Below are positions 1 to 13,740 of a DNA stretch of 64,000 bases, one piece after another. The stretch is taken from contig OX597818.1 of assembly GCA_951406725.2 (NCBI GenBank), positions 92,070,001 through 92,134,000 of the forward strand. The letters are read 5' to 3'. This DNA comes from Octopus vulgaris (Eukaryota). The notes below the pieces were generated by a model. The model was not told the origin of the DNA, made no database searches, and was given only the letters and a program-made list of their open reading frames with translations. Position 1 is the first letter of the stretch, and each line of letters opens with the position of its first letter. Made by a program: the position numbers and the translations under genes.

Positions 1-1596
1 GAAGAAAGACCTAAGATTTACCATGAGAAAGGGGAAGATTTTGAGCAATCTTGTTCCTCGTGACAATCTACTTTTCACGCATGAAAATGCATACAATTGA
101 GAAGATGTGTAATAAATCATTTTCAGGTTGAGTCTCGAAGTGAATACAACTATAAATCACATTATGCACTATTGCGGGTTAAAAAAAAAACATTACATGT
201 GAAAATAGGTTTGAAGAATAGATGGATTTGAGAACTTGCCATCCAAGGGTTCTTTAAAATAATATATTTATAGCTATATTCACCCCGAAACTTATATTTC
301 AAAACAATTTAACTTAAACTAATCTGTGACTATTTTTGTACTTAGTATTTGCCGACAGATACTGTCGCCCGTTTCCCTGACTTATTCAGATTTACTTAGA
401 TACAACACATCTGGAACGTTTTTCATCATATATCAGACTACTCGATCAGTATTGACCTGGGGCTAAAACAACAGCAACAACAATAGCATTGCCTATCGTA
501 ACAAATCAACTATTTGAAAAGGATGGTTAGAATATGAGAGATTTGTACTGTCAAGTTCCAAAGATTAGTGTTTGGCAGATGTATACACATGGGAGAGAAA
601 TCCTACAATAAGACTGACAATTCTGAGAATAGATGACTTCTTGTTGTTTTGATGCGGTCCTTGAAAGAGAAGGAGAGAGGATGAGAGAGAAAGAGAGAGA
701 GAGAGAATGAAAGAGACTGAGAGACTAAAAAGAAGGAGAGAGAGCGAAAGAGAGAGATAGATTAAGGAGAGGAAGAGAGAAAAGTAAGTATAGTGAGAGA
801 TCCTACCATTTTCATTAAGGAAAAGAAACAAAGCAATAAGAATTACCAAACTCTATCAGTAAATAGTCAATGACACAGACTCAAGACAGAATGTAAACAG
901 CTATGTTGCGGTAGTTGAAGAATATGAAGAATTGATAGTGTTTGGGGTGGGATTGCAAATCACATGAGATATCTCATTCTATAAATACTGCAATAAACTT
1001 AGTGCAAACGTAGCCGAGTGGTTCAATAGATTGTTTCGTAAACAGGACTTCTTGGGCTCGATTCTGTTCTTGACACAACATTCAGCATTGACCCAACCCT
1101 TGTAAGTGAAACTGGTTTGATAGATATGTATGTGGAAGCTCACAAGTCCGTCCAACGAATGATATATATATATATATATATAAATTTAAAATAATAAGGG
1201 TGAAAAATTGAATATAAATTTGATTAATATCAATTTAAAACCAGTGGTCTAGCATATAGAAAAATCTGAAGATTCAGAAAAATTATATTGCATACATATA
1301 TTACATACATTTGTCATGCTCGCTTACGTTCTGGCGTTTGCTAAATTTTCTTGAGAATGTTCCTTTCTTAGTGGTAAGACCATAGCGGATCTACTTCCAG
1401 CATAATGGATGTCCACTTATTTGTAGCCAGGACATAATGGATAGATCATTAGTGATTACAGAAGCAGCGAGTGAGACGAGGTAGCCGACAGGAAACTGGA
1501 AAAAGAAATCCAAGTCCCAACAGCAGTAAACATCGTATTCGCTTTATAAAAGCAGAATAGAGTCAGAGGCTGGGTGTGTATTTGGGAGGGATTTCA

Positions 1597-1814
1597 TGAC
1601 GGGTCACTGAAAAGTTCCTGGCTTTAAGGGCATCGTGAAGGGCCTTGTTGGAGGCCCAACTCGCTGGGTTCTTTTACACGGACTGAGTTCTTTTAAAGGG
1701 ACGCTGCAATAAGTGCGTGAATCTGAGAGGGGATATGGTGAATAAAATCATAACTGACTGATCCTCCTGTATTTTCTTTTACCCAAAGCCAAGAACGTTT
1801 CAGCAACACCCTCG
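1597..1814 (+). mobile_element. Mariner-derived MITE (~220 bp)
   Basis: Imperfect TIRs tgacgggtcactgaaaagttcctggcttt / aaagccaagaacgtttcagcaacaccctcg followed by TA. The interior aagtgcgtgaatctgagagggg..gaataa resembles the mariner transposase C-terminal KCV..G.Y.E* codons. Confidence 0.65.
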
Positions 1815-2355
1815 TATGCCAATCAGTTTAATTACCTTTCTCCGAATGCGGTATACGATGTCTATGCAAGTAGCAGCAACGCCTGCTCGAAATATAGAAT
1901 TATTACTCCATTCTGGGTCTCACTTTAGCTATGTAGAGACATAGTAATGATGGGGAGTAAAATAGATTCGACCCTGAAGAGAAATAACAATATTTGAAAA
2001 TCAGTCTTTGCTATGCTAGAAATTGAATGAAAATTAGCTGTCAGTTCTGTCTGGTAATAACAGCGCTTACACATTGTTCAGAACACCTAATATTTAGTGC
2101 CTGTGGCAATGTTGTTAAAACTGGTAATTTTTATACAATACAAAGTATATGTGTTGAACACGTATATTATACTTTTAGTAAAATATGTGTTACTGCTTGT
2201 AAGTAGGTGCCGTACTTTATAATTTTTAAAGTATATATAACTAAATCAAATTTATTTTCTAGTTTGGTGCAATGAATGTTTTGTTAAATAAATCACGGTA
2301 ACTATTTTTTTTCATCACATTTATGACGGGTATTCATATATTTTTGAAGATGTAT

Positions 2356-2425
<70 letters not shown>

Positions 2426-2534
2426 CGCATACACTCACACACATATGTATAGACATATATACAGGCAGACTAACATAACCATAAATGGAATACAATTTCC
2501 CGAAATATAAATATATATAAATATGTGTGTGCAT

Positions 2535-2689
2535 GCATGTGTGTGCATATACAAATAACTATATGTACATATATGTATACGTATATAAATATACATGTAT
2601 GTATATAAATATATAAATATACATGTATATATATACATATGTATATATACATGTATATGTATATATATATCTGTGTGTGAATATGTATG

Positions 2690-2779
<90 letters not shown>

Positions 2780-2965
2780 TATATAATGATAAATATCAAA
2801 GTGAGAGCATGTGTGTGCATATACAAATAACTATATGTACATATATGTATACGTATATAAATATACATATATGTATATAAATATATAAATATACATGTAT
2901 ATATATACATATATATATATATACATGTATATGTATATATATGTGTGTGTGAATATGTATGTATG

Positions 2966-3007
<42 letters not shown>
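2535..3007. repeat. Tandem duplication of a complex TA-rich minisatellite
   Basis: gcatgtgtgtgcatatacaaataactatatgtacatatatgtatacgtatataaat... occurs at ~2535 and ~2807, each copy running into (TA)n. Confidence 0.8.
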
Positions 3008-3008
<1 letters not shown>

Positions 3009-3487
3009 GTATACACACATATAAGGCACCCACACATCAACAGACATACGAGCACATGCACACATATACAAGTAATTTCGCATATATCTGTTGTGTAGTT
3101 TATTCATCAATAGTTAAGTATGTTTTTTTGTGTCCATTATCAGCGAGGTTTTGTACTAGACGCAACGTTTTTTTTTACTAAAGAATGGCGATGGATAATA
3201 TTAAGTAGTATCATCTCAATCAACATATAATGATGTTTTTGCAATGTGTTTTTACATATTGGAGAATTTCTTTTTTTTTTTTTAGATTGTCTGCTTTTAT
3301 TAAAAAAATAAACATTTTTCATATACATCTAAACACACGCACCAGAGGTACAATTTATACCATATTCATTTAAAAAGGAACCAGATAGATCACCAGAAAT
3401 GTACAATGTACAACATGATACATCCATAAACGTAAATGAAAGATATATATATATATATATATATATACATACACACACACACATATA

Positions 3488-3555
<68 letters not shown>

Positions 3556-3558
<3 letters not shown>

Positions 3559-3809
3559 GACTGGTTTCTTTCAGTTTTCGTCTACCAAATCCACTCGGGG
3601 GTCGACTCGAGGCTGTGCAATGGAACTGAAGCCGACAACTTGTAGTTGGGAAGAAAGCTTCTTACCACACAGGCCATGCTGAAGTTACAGCGTTGAACGG
3701 CTTTTTAGTTGAAGAAATCGATCCCATGATTTTGCCGAAACACTAAATTCTGGGGAGGTATACATACCGACACTGGTCATGAGACATAAGGACTCTCTCA
3801 CATAGATAT

Positions 3810-3875
<66 letters not shown>

Positions 3876-4105
3876 CTGCTATATTTATATATATATCGTT
3901 GTGTGTCTGTGTTTGTCCCCACAACATCGCTTGACAACCGATGCTGGTGTGTTTACGTCCCCGTAACTTAGCGGTTCGGCAAAAGAGACCAATAGAATAA
4001 GTACTAGGCTTACAAACAATAAGTCCTGGGGTCGATGTACTCGATTAAAGGCGGTGCTCCAGCATGGCCGCAGTCAAATGACTGAAACAAGTAAAAGCGT
4101 AAAAG
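3556..4105. mobile_element. Rearranged SINE-A fragments (two minus-strand pieces plus a plus-strand 3' half)
   Basis: Matches to SINE-A blocks (tttcagttttcgtctaccaaatccactc; atcgcttgacaaccgatgctggtgtgtttacgtccccgtaacttagcggttcggc) in opposite orientations around (TA)n arrays. Confidence 0.8.
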
Positions 4106-5884
4106 ATATATATATGTATGTATATATATATATATATATATCGTTGTTAAACTGTAGTATGTCCAAATTTGACCAAATGCTTTTTCCGATATTTAATTTT
4201 GTTTGCCTATTCTTTTGGTCAAAAGTATCGTATCTCCAGCTGCTTCAGATGAATTTGTCAAAAGTGTAGCACAACGGTTTACCATTTTTCGAAAGTGTAG
4301 TAAGCGCCACTTAACGACAGTTTTGCAAAAATATTTCTGACTGAAAATATCATGCATGCATGGAGTTATGATTTTTATGCACCCAACAAAGTATAATTGT
4401 TAAACTGAAACTGTTGCTATGCAAAAAAGAAATGGAATGGTGAAACTACTTTTTCGTTTCGTGAAAAAGCAAGGTTTTAGACTTACGACATTTTTGCATA
4501 AAAGCAACGATATATATATGGTGAACTTCTTTTCAGGTTGCATAAACCAAATTCACTCGCAAGATCTTGGTCGAACTGTGGCTATAGTAGACGATCCTTG
4601 CCCAAGGTGCCCCACAGTGAGACTAAACCCGGAAACATGTGATTGGGAAGCAACTTCTAGCCAAACAGCTACGCCTTCGCCTATAGGGATATATATACAT
4701 TCATACATACATAAATATATATATATATATGCATATATACATATATACGCATATATATATATGCATATATATATATGTGTGTGTGTGTCTTTATAATATG
4801 TTTGAATTAGATTCGTCTTTTAATTTGGAAGTTTCCAGAAAAGGATTCCTAATATAGATTCTTCATATTTTGCTGGTAGCTTACTGGCGTAAAATTGCGA
4901 ATATGAAAATGATTCTTTTATATGGTGTGTTGTGAATTTATGGAAAGAAATCCCATAAAACTCAACAAATTTGATTAAAATGTAGAAGAGACGATGTTAA
5001 AATAGATAAGAGAATTTTAATTCATGCAGACAATCGTTTGGTACAGCGATATAAAAAAACATGCAAATTCACGGTTGAATAGAATTAATTAAATTAATTA
5101 GATTGATTTCAATTAATTACAGCATGGCCACAGCTCGTGAGCTGACACTAGATAAAATATAAATATAAAATATAATATATATATATCACTGTACTTTTCA
5201 ATACAAGAAGTATAAACAAATTTTTTACAAAGGACTTGATAAAGGTAAAAGCAGTATAGGATCTTAGGTATTCATATTTCTCCTTATGAGAAAGAAAGAT
5301 ATGTGTGAGTCCAGTTAGATGTTAATTAAAATTAGTTAATGCATACATATATACGTGCATGCAGGCGTATATTCTTTCATAATACCTTGCTGTTCACAAT
5401 GTGCTTCCACTCTTATACATATAATGTTTGTATGTATCTCTCTCCCTCTCTTTCTCTCTCTTTTCTTCCTCTTGTATCTATCTAGCTAGCTAGCTCTGTT
5501 TGCGCATGTGTATTTGTACATTTTGTCGTGCTAAAATGCATGATAAGTAACCATAGGAATTAATGCTCCATTTTTTCACCTATGTTAAGCAACTACTCTT
5601 ATATAATGCCGCCGGTAAAGAATCATAAATACAAAGTATAGGACTATAATAAAGTAACGAGAGCCATATATAGTTCAAATAAACAAGAAATGTGGAAGTG
5701 ATATGGCGGATATAAGATTACGTACGCTACAATTATCAATAATCAATTAATTATAGGTTTTTTTGTCAAATGGAAGAAATCGAAACATCATTCTTTTCAA
5801 TCTGACGAAACTATTTGTAATTAGTTCATTATTCAATATTGCAACTTATGTAATGATATATTTTTTCTCTTTATTTCATATATA

Positions 5885-7162
5885 TTTGATTGTCCGGAAA
5901 GTTCTGAGGGTTTTTAATATGCAAAAAGGGATATAAATAAATGACCTTTCAATAAATTCTGTTCAAGGAAATAATTTCCATTATCATTAATGACTTTTGC
6001 CCATCTATCAGGCAATCTAAATATTCCACCAGCATAAAATTTGACTAGTTTTGAATAAAAAACGTCATCCAGATGCATTTTGACTCAATCTAAATCGTTA
6101 CATGATTTTCCTTGCAATGTCTTCTGTAGAGACAAAAACAAATGGTCGTCGGATGACGCAATATCACGAGAATATGGTGGATGGGTAAGAGATTACAGCC
6201 AAGTTCATGTAACTTTGTTCTGGTAGTCAAAGACACATGTGGGTCGGGCATTGTCTTGTTGGAACACTACCACTTTCCTCTTGACAATCTCCAGCCTCAA
6301 TTGCTTGATATTTTGGTTCAAATTCTGACGACAGTACACATCAGAATTAATAGTCTGGTTTTGTAGAAGCTCATAATAAATAATGCCTTCATGATCCCAC
6401 CAAACACAAAACAGCTTTTTTAGCATGGATATTCGTCTTTGGTTGCTGTTTCGATGGAACCTTACACAAACTCTTGGATATTTTTCGCACTACGCTTTGG
6501 TACACAATCCATTTTTCATTTCCAGTCACATGTTGTTTCAAAAAAAGCATGCTTTCATTCCGTTTCAAAAGAATATCACAAACGGAATACCGGTCTAAGC
6601 AATTCTTTTCAGAGAATTTGTGAGGAACCCATACGTTATAGCGGGAAATGTATCTTGACTTCATTAGGTATTCATGAGCCGTACTTTTAGAAATTTCCAA
6701 CTCATCTTCAAGTTCTCTAGCTGTGATATTTAAGTTAGTTTCGATTTTTCCCTTCGAAACACCTTCATACAATTTTGAAGATCTCCCACTGAGACTGTCA
6801 TCTGCGCAGCTAAGCTCTCCAGCTTTAAATTTTGCAAACCAACTTCGAACAATTGATTTACCTGCAGCAGCATTACCATAAACTTTACAAATGCTTTTGC
6901 AAATCTTTGCAGTCTTCTCCACCCTCTTATTTTTAAATGAAAAGCATTACATTGTGAATATGAAATTTTTGGTTATCAATTTCAAATATCAATAAAGGGT
7001 AACTGGAATGAAACATAAATCTATTTTTAGCCAGGAACAAAGAAGAGATGCACTGCCACTACAAGCAATGCCAGAGTTTTAAATGTGATACATTTCAGGT
7101 GTGTTCAATGAAGTGTTAAAAGATTTAGCTTAAAAACGGTCAGAACTTTCAGGACAGCCTAA
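5885..7162 (-). mobile_element. Full-length degenerate mariner (DD34D family) transposon; transposase pseudogene ~5965-6990
   Basis: TIRs ttgattgtccggaaagttctga..gtttt / aaaacggtcagaactttcaggacagcctaa. Split ORFs carry WFAKFKAG, WVPHK, VTGNEKW, CVWWDHEGIIYYELL and QDNARP, with frameshifts. Confidence 0.93.
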
Positions 7163-7175
7163 TGTGTGTGTGTGC

Positions 7176-7244
<69 letters not shown>

Positions 7245-7309
7245 AATGTATTCTAGTTTCCATCATTCATATTTTCATTTTCAGAAAAGTCTTACACATA
7301 CACACATAC

Positions 7310-7384
<75 letters not shown>

Positions 7385-7389
7385 ACAAG

Positions 7390-7468
7390 ATAAGGGCAAA
7401 AGAAAAATTCTAATGCCAAATATGCCGAAAAGAAGACAAAACTTTTCAATAACCATTATAATTTATGG

Positions 7469-7542
<74 letters not shown>

Positions 7543-7928
7543 CCATTTTTCCCGAAAAAAATTTTATCCTACATTAGTTATAAATTGAATAGTGTTTCAC
7601 TTCCGGATTCTCTCATTCTGTGAAAGTTTCTAATTCGAATCACACGTGTCTCGAGATATGCCGAAGATTTTTCTATTTTGGATATATTTGGGGTACTTAG
7701 GTCTGCTCTGGACTTGGTGCTTGCTTTTTCCATGGGTATGAGTAAGTATTTCACTTAAAGAGGGGAAAATTTATTAATTAACCCCGAAATTGGACCAATA
7801 CGGTAATAACAAATTTTTTAGAGATTTCTATCGGTTTTTTTTTCGAGACGCATAAATTATAATGGTTATTGAAAAGTTTTGTCTTCTTTTCGGCATATTT
7901 GGCATTAGAATTTTTCTTTTGCTCTTAT
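7390..7928. mobile_element. Non-coding element with 78-bp inverted terminal arms and an internal hammerhead relic (Penelope-derived?)
   Basis: 7390-7467 is the reverse complement of 7851-7928 with one mismatch. The interior contains cttaaaga-gggg...cccc-GAAA-ttggaccaa-TA at 7754-7804. Confidence 0.65.
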
Positions 7929-7936
7929 ATATATAA

Positions 7937-8196
7937 AACAATTGCAGTGTGGAAGGTGTTTATAAGCCATTTAAGAAACACACAAAAACTGTTAGATTCA
8001 CTTCAACACTTTAATTTATTTTGCAAAATATTTTCGTCGCTTTGAGATCGCGGCCTGTTCAATGACAAAGTTCTGTGCTGCATCTCAAAGCGACGAAAAT
8101 ATTTTGGCAAATTTAATTTAAATGTTGAAGTGAATGTAACAGTTTTTGTGTGTTTCTTAAATGGCTTATAAATTGTTATAAATGGCTGCAATTGTT
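7937..8196. repeat. ~260-bp fold-back palindromic element
   Basis: The arm aacaattgcag...ataagccatttaagaaacacacaaaaactgtta..ttcacttcaaca...aaaatattttcgtcgctttgagat is mirrored on the right side, around a ~35-nt loop. Confidence 0.85.
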
Positions 8197-8271
8197 ATCG
8201 TTCCAGCACACGATCTCAGATCAGGTCACTTGCTATGCAAGTAAATCTTCTATGTATATATATATATATAT

Positions 8272-8305
<34 letters not shown>

Positions 8306-8835
8306 TCTTCTGCCCCTTTTCCATCAAATCGTGGTTACGATAGAAGACATTTACCCACATGCTTGCAAGGCAAACTTCTCGCTATATCGTTCATTATAAT
8401 AGGCATCATAAAATGAGGTGTCACTTTACTACTGGAGTTGAAGACATCGTCTTACCTTGACCCTCAGATTTGCTTACTTTGTGCCTAAATAAGAAAGAGA
8501 TATTTTTTTTTTAAATAAGTTGTTCTATGCCCATGCCTTTTTTGAGAAGGTAGTCATGTGCCTAACTCATACCGTTCGGCCCCCAATCACGAGACATAAC
8601 TCACACATTCTACCGTATCTCACACACGTCTTCTCTTCTTGGATGTTCTTGATCAAAACCGTATTTCATTCACTTCATATGGTGAAAAGAGGAATCTATT
8701 TCAGAGAAAATACACGACAGATCACGAGGATAGAAATCATAAGAAAGAAGATGTAATGAAATGTAATGAAAAGAGAAAGGAGACAGTGAGTGAGAAAGAG
8801 AGAGAGAAAGAGAGATAATGTAAGTGAAGGAAAAA

Positions 8836-8895
<60 letters not shown>

Positions 8896-9696
8896 AGGAA
8901 AGAAAGAAAGAAAGAGATATTCAGAGTTTATTATTGTTTTGTAGAAGATGATACTGCCAGCATCAAGTTTTTATCGATATTTATTAACTCGTTGCCAGCG
9001 ATTAATTAGTCATAATGAATTATGACTAGTAAACATATATGTACGAGCCAAAAAGATGGCCTCCGGGACAACTTTTAGTCTAGTTCCTACAGAGGGTTGT
9101 TGGCTCTTCGACCTAAAGTAAGGTCGTAAATCTGAAAAACCTATAAAAAGATGAGATAACATCAGTAATTCTTTATTAGCGTAAATAAAATTTATACGTA
9201 AATATATCGAGTAAAAAGTTATCCGATCTGGAGCCTTGTATGCACTGATTTTTAGTGCTTTGTACAGTCTAAAATTTCACAAGATCATTTCATATTTAAA
9301 GGAGATCTTTTCTCAAACACTTTCTGGAATCCATTGAGTTATGTTGTCCTAGCTTTTGATATATTTTTGTTATTCCTACTTATTTACTTTTTTTATAATT
9401 TGGGGAGATATATTCTTTCTCCTCGGCTCCCATTTTGTTTGTTGCCTTTCTACATTCATAGCAAATGCAGATTATAAAAGTAATTTCAATGAAAATAAAA
9501 ATAGCCTTTACCAAACTTGAATACGGATCTGTCTTTCGAAAACTGTTTGAAAGGAAAATAAGAAGGCTCATTATATAAAAAGAACTTTTTTCTTCTTGAA
9601 GAATGGAGTCAAAATGAGGGAACTGTAAAAGCTAAAGCAACTCAACAAACATTAATTATTTTCAATGTTTGTCATCGAATTTCTGAATTGGTTACT

Positions 9697-10175
<479 letters not shown>

Positions 10176-11062
10176 AATTTTCCAGTTTTACGTTGAGTTT
10201 AAAACCTGCCATGACCTACATAGGTAGTGATTAAATTTTATCTGGCACCTGATTTGAAAGAACCATTTGGCACTCTGGTAGTCTTTAACAGAACTCACTC
10301 TGCTGCTATATTCGAGTGTAATAAACATTCCTGTATCAAATAATCGCCTGGCGTCGTAACTTTTCTGCCAGCTCGCCGCCTTTCAGAACTTCATTCTCTC
10401 GTTCCGTTCAGTCGCGGAGGCATTTCGAAGGTTCATGGTCAATGTGTTTCCTTCTGACAAAAACATCTTTAAACATATTAAAACGACTTCGCAAAATATT
10501 AGAGTGTTTTCTCCTGAAAAAACGATTTTAAAATATATAAAAGGGAACTTGATATGTACCGCTCAGTTGTCACTACAATGTCTAGCACGGTTCTGCATGA
10601 CGAGTAATGTTATGGAATCTATACAGGCAAGCTACCTATTTTATTATTATTAAGAGACTACGTTTTGATTATCAACAAATGAAAGCTTACAGAGGCTGCA
10701 GTGTAAATCAACAGATCGGACAAAAGCAAATGCCTCTTGTCATCTCCCCCATCCAAAACGTATAGAATTACCGATTGATTTATTGTACACCTCTTTGTAA
10801 TTCAATCTCCAGTGGGGTTATACATAGCGATGCATATACATAAAACAGGTCACTATAGCGATTCGTCAAAGAATTTACGGTTTGTTCTGCGGATCCCCGC
10901 CCCAAAAGACATTGATATTTAACATCGCCATTAGATCAGAGACATTTAGACATTTAACGTAAAAAAAGAAAAAAAGAACGAAGAACTGTTGCTGTTACTG
11001 TTGTTGTTATTGCTGCTGTTGTCGTTTATACCGGGGCAATCTCTAATCGAACAGACTTTGTG

Positions 11063-11550
11063 ACCCCCTTCGGTTATGAATGACCATGGGATTGCACATA
11101 GAAAGTTACTCTCCGAGACACAAGTCTGGGCAAGGTTGTTTATGGAAGACCAGCAGTCGCCCACACATACCAGCCTCCCCTCTCCTCGTCACCAATGTTA
11201 TCCAAGGGAAAGGCCGATATAGCTTGGCACCAGTGATGTCGCAGCTCATTTATTAACGTGCAAGTGACCGAGTATTTCACAGACACGTGTACCCTTAACT
11301 TAGTTCTCGGGGAGAATCAGCAAGACACAGTGTGACAAGGAAATACAAGTACAACGGAAGCAGGAAAAAAGAGTGAGAGAAAGGTATGGTGAAAGAGTAC
11401 AGCAGGGTTCACCACCATCACCTGCCGGAGCCTCGTGGAGCTTTAGGTGTTTTTGCTCAATAAACACTCACAATGCCCGGTCTGGGAATCGAAATCGCGA
11501 TCCTACGACCGCGAGTCCGCTGCCCTAACCACTGGGCCATTGCGCCTCCA
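11063..11550 (-). mobile_element. SINE-C (tRNA-like head) with RTE-like tail
   Basis: On minus: head ggaggcgcaatggcccagtggttagggcagcggactcgcggtcg..tttcgattccc. The 3' part (ctggtgccaagct...cccttggataac...gagaggggaggctgg...ccatggtcattcataaccgaagggg) resembles RTE-derived UTR sequence. Confidence 0.8.
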
Positions 11551-13027
11551 CAATCGAATAGACTTATGATCAAATATATTACAACGGTGATCATTCCATT
11601 TTATTTTGTATCTACAGCTACATGTTCCAATTGCCCTTCCATTCAAGAAAACGTTATGTGATTTGAGGATAATCTGGTTCCTATATCTAGCAAGCCGAGT
11701 AACCAAATGCAGGTTTCTTAGTTGTTATATATATATATGACAAAACAACACTTTCCTCCAGTACACCAGCCTTAACAAATATATAAACAAATATATAATG
11801 ATTGTTTGCAAAGCTGTGATTGCTTGAAGGCCAACACTTTAGAGCTGAACATAATAGGTTGAATCGTCTACTAGAATATTACTGTTACTTATTTTATCGT
11901 CCCCAGATAAAATCTATTTTTTTCTGCATTGCAGTTTTACCGTTTCTTCCCCCTCCCCCGCATTTTACGAGCATAAAGTAATAAATATAGCACAAAATGA
12001 CTGACTGAATGGAGGTACTTAAATCGATACGTGACTTAATCGATATGTGACTTGATCAATAAGAGATCAGCTCTTTAACTGGTACGAAATAAATCAATAT
12101 GCTATGAAACTATTAATATCAATCATTCTACTAAATGCCGGACTAAATACATTGAATTTGCTTGTGACGTCCATTTATAATGTGAGTTCGATTCCCACTG
12201 GGGTCGAATAGCCCTTTCATCAATCTGGCATTGATAAATGTAAGTATTGTACACGTCTGGAAACATCATTTAATAATCAATCATCCACCCATTAATATTG
12301 AACTGAATATATACGTATATTTCGATTATATAAAAGGAGTTCAATTCCCACTGAGGTCAACTTTGCCTTATTGAGACATCGATCTCATCTCATATCTTTC
12401 TTCCTTCCATTTTCTTTCTTTGTCAGATTGGAGATTTTCGTACTCCTTCATAACTAACGTAAATGCTTAATTCGTTACTAACCTTTACTATCTGCACTTT
12501 CTATTATTCATAACTACCCAAATCCCTGACGAACACACTGGTAAGTCAAAAACTATGATCTTTTACTCAGCTACCAGTATCTCTGTGCCAATCCCATCTT
12601 CAGACAATTACTAACCGAAATAACACACCTCACATTTTCAAACCGCAATAATGCATTCTACACACAACTCTGATGCTTTATATCTAATGACCAGCCGAAA
12701 TTTCACGATTTTTATGACAAGAAATGTATTGTTATCCGATTCATTTCTGAACAATAAATGTTTTATGGATCCGTTTCCCAAACATTTTCGCACAGACAAA
12801 ACCAATAACAACAGAACCAACAAGCTTTTTAGCTTCAGCAGTAGAAGTAAAGAAAGCCAACAACAACCGAAGTATATTCGCCATCACTTCAACGCATATC
12901 AGAAGATAAGGATAATAAACATTCCTGTATCAAATAATCTACACTCTGCCTTACCTCTTCAATTGCTGTAGAGCTAGATGATCCTGCACCAAAGAAACCC
13001 ATTTAATATTTCAGAACTTCATTCTTA

Positions 13028-13229
13028 TTTCTTTACTGCCCACAAGAGGCTACACACAGAGAGGACAAACAAGGAGAGAAAAACGGATTAACTGGTACTT
13101 ATTTAATCGACCCCGAAAGGATGAAAGGCAAAGTCGACCTCGGCGGAATTTGAACTCAGAACGTAGCGGCAGACGAAATACCGCTAAGCTTTTCGCCCGG
13201 CGTGTTAACGTTTCTGCCAGCTCGCCGCC
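13028..13229 (-). mobile_element. SINE-B with 19-bp target-site duplication
   Basis: Head ggcggcgagctggcagaaacgtta, B box gagttcaaattcc, core gcctttcatcctttcggggtcgat and tail gtgggcagtaaagaaa. TSD tttcagaacttcattctta at 13009-13027 and 13230-13248. Confidence 0.92.
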
Positions 13230-13493
13230 TTTCAGAACTTCATTCTTACAGATCTCCAACCAAGATAAAGCGCCCATTGACAAAAATAAAATTATTCACT
13301 GCCTCTTTTACTTCCTACTCTACACACCATCGATTCACCAAACATTTTTCTAAGGTTATATATCACACTGCCTTGTACTCACATCTGAAAGCTATAACTT
13401 ATTAAAACCAGTTTCTGTTACCCTCAAACATACTCCTCAGGACTTAACATCTATCGTCACCAGTTTCTTCAATTTTTGTCTATGCACAGTTAA

Positions 13494-13740
13494 AAATAAT
13501 AAATGCGCCCTTTTTAAAGCCTAGCCAGGCTCATGGGCCCGTTTCCCCGGTTTCTATGGCGTATGTGTTCCCCAGCTGGACGGAACGCCGGTTCATCACA
13601 TCGTTACTCATTTTTGCCAGCTGAGTTGACTGGAGCAATGTGAAATGAAGTGTTTTGCTCAAGAATCGAAACCCAGGAATCGAAACCACAATCTTACAAT
13701 CATGATGCTGACACCCTAACCACTAAGCCACGCACCTCCA
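13494..13740 (-). mobile_element. tRNA-derived SINE (CORE-like plus V-like domains) with 14-bp TSD
   Basis: On minus: head ggaggtgcgtggcttagtggttaggg..ggtttcgattcc, then cttgagcaaaacactt and ccggcgttccgtccag..gaaaccggg. TSD ctatgcacagttaa at 13480-13493 and 13741-13754. Confidence 0.88.

Noticed and set aside
1970-2012. CTGAAGA-gaaata..tattt-GAAA..TC
   Set aside because: Stem I and stem III do not pair; compatible with chance in AT-rich DNA.
2435-3937. Numerous YI/HT/CV/LSIY-rich ORFs here and throughout the window
   Set aside because: Translations of (TA)n, (CA)n, (ATAG)n and (ATAC)n microsatellites; not genes.
5798-5842. caat-CTGACGA-aacta..tagtt hammerhead-like motif
   Set aside because: No GAAA after stem II.
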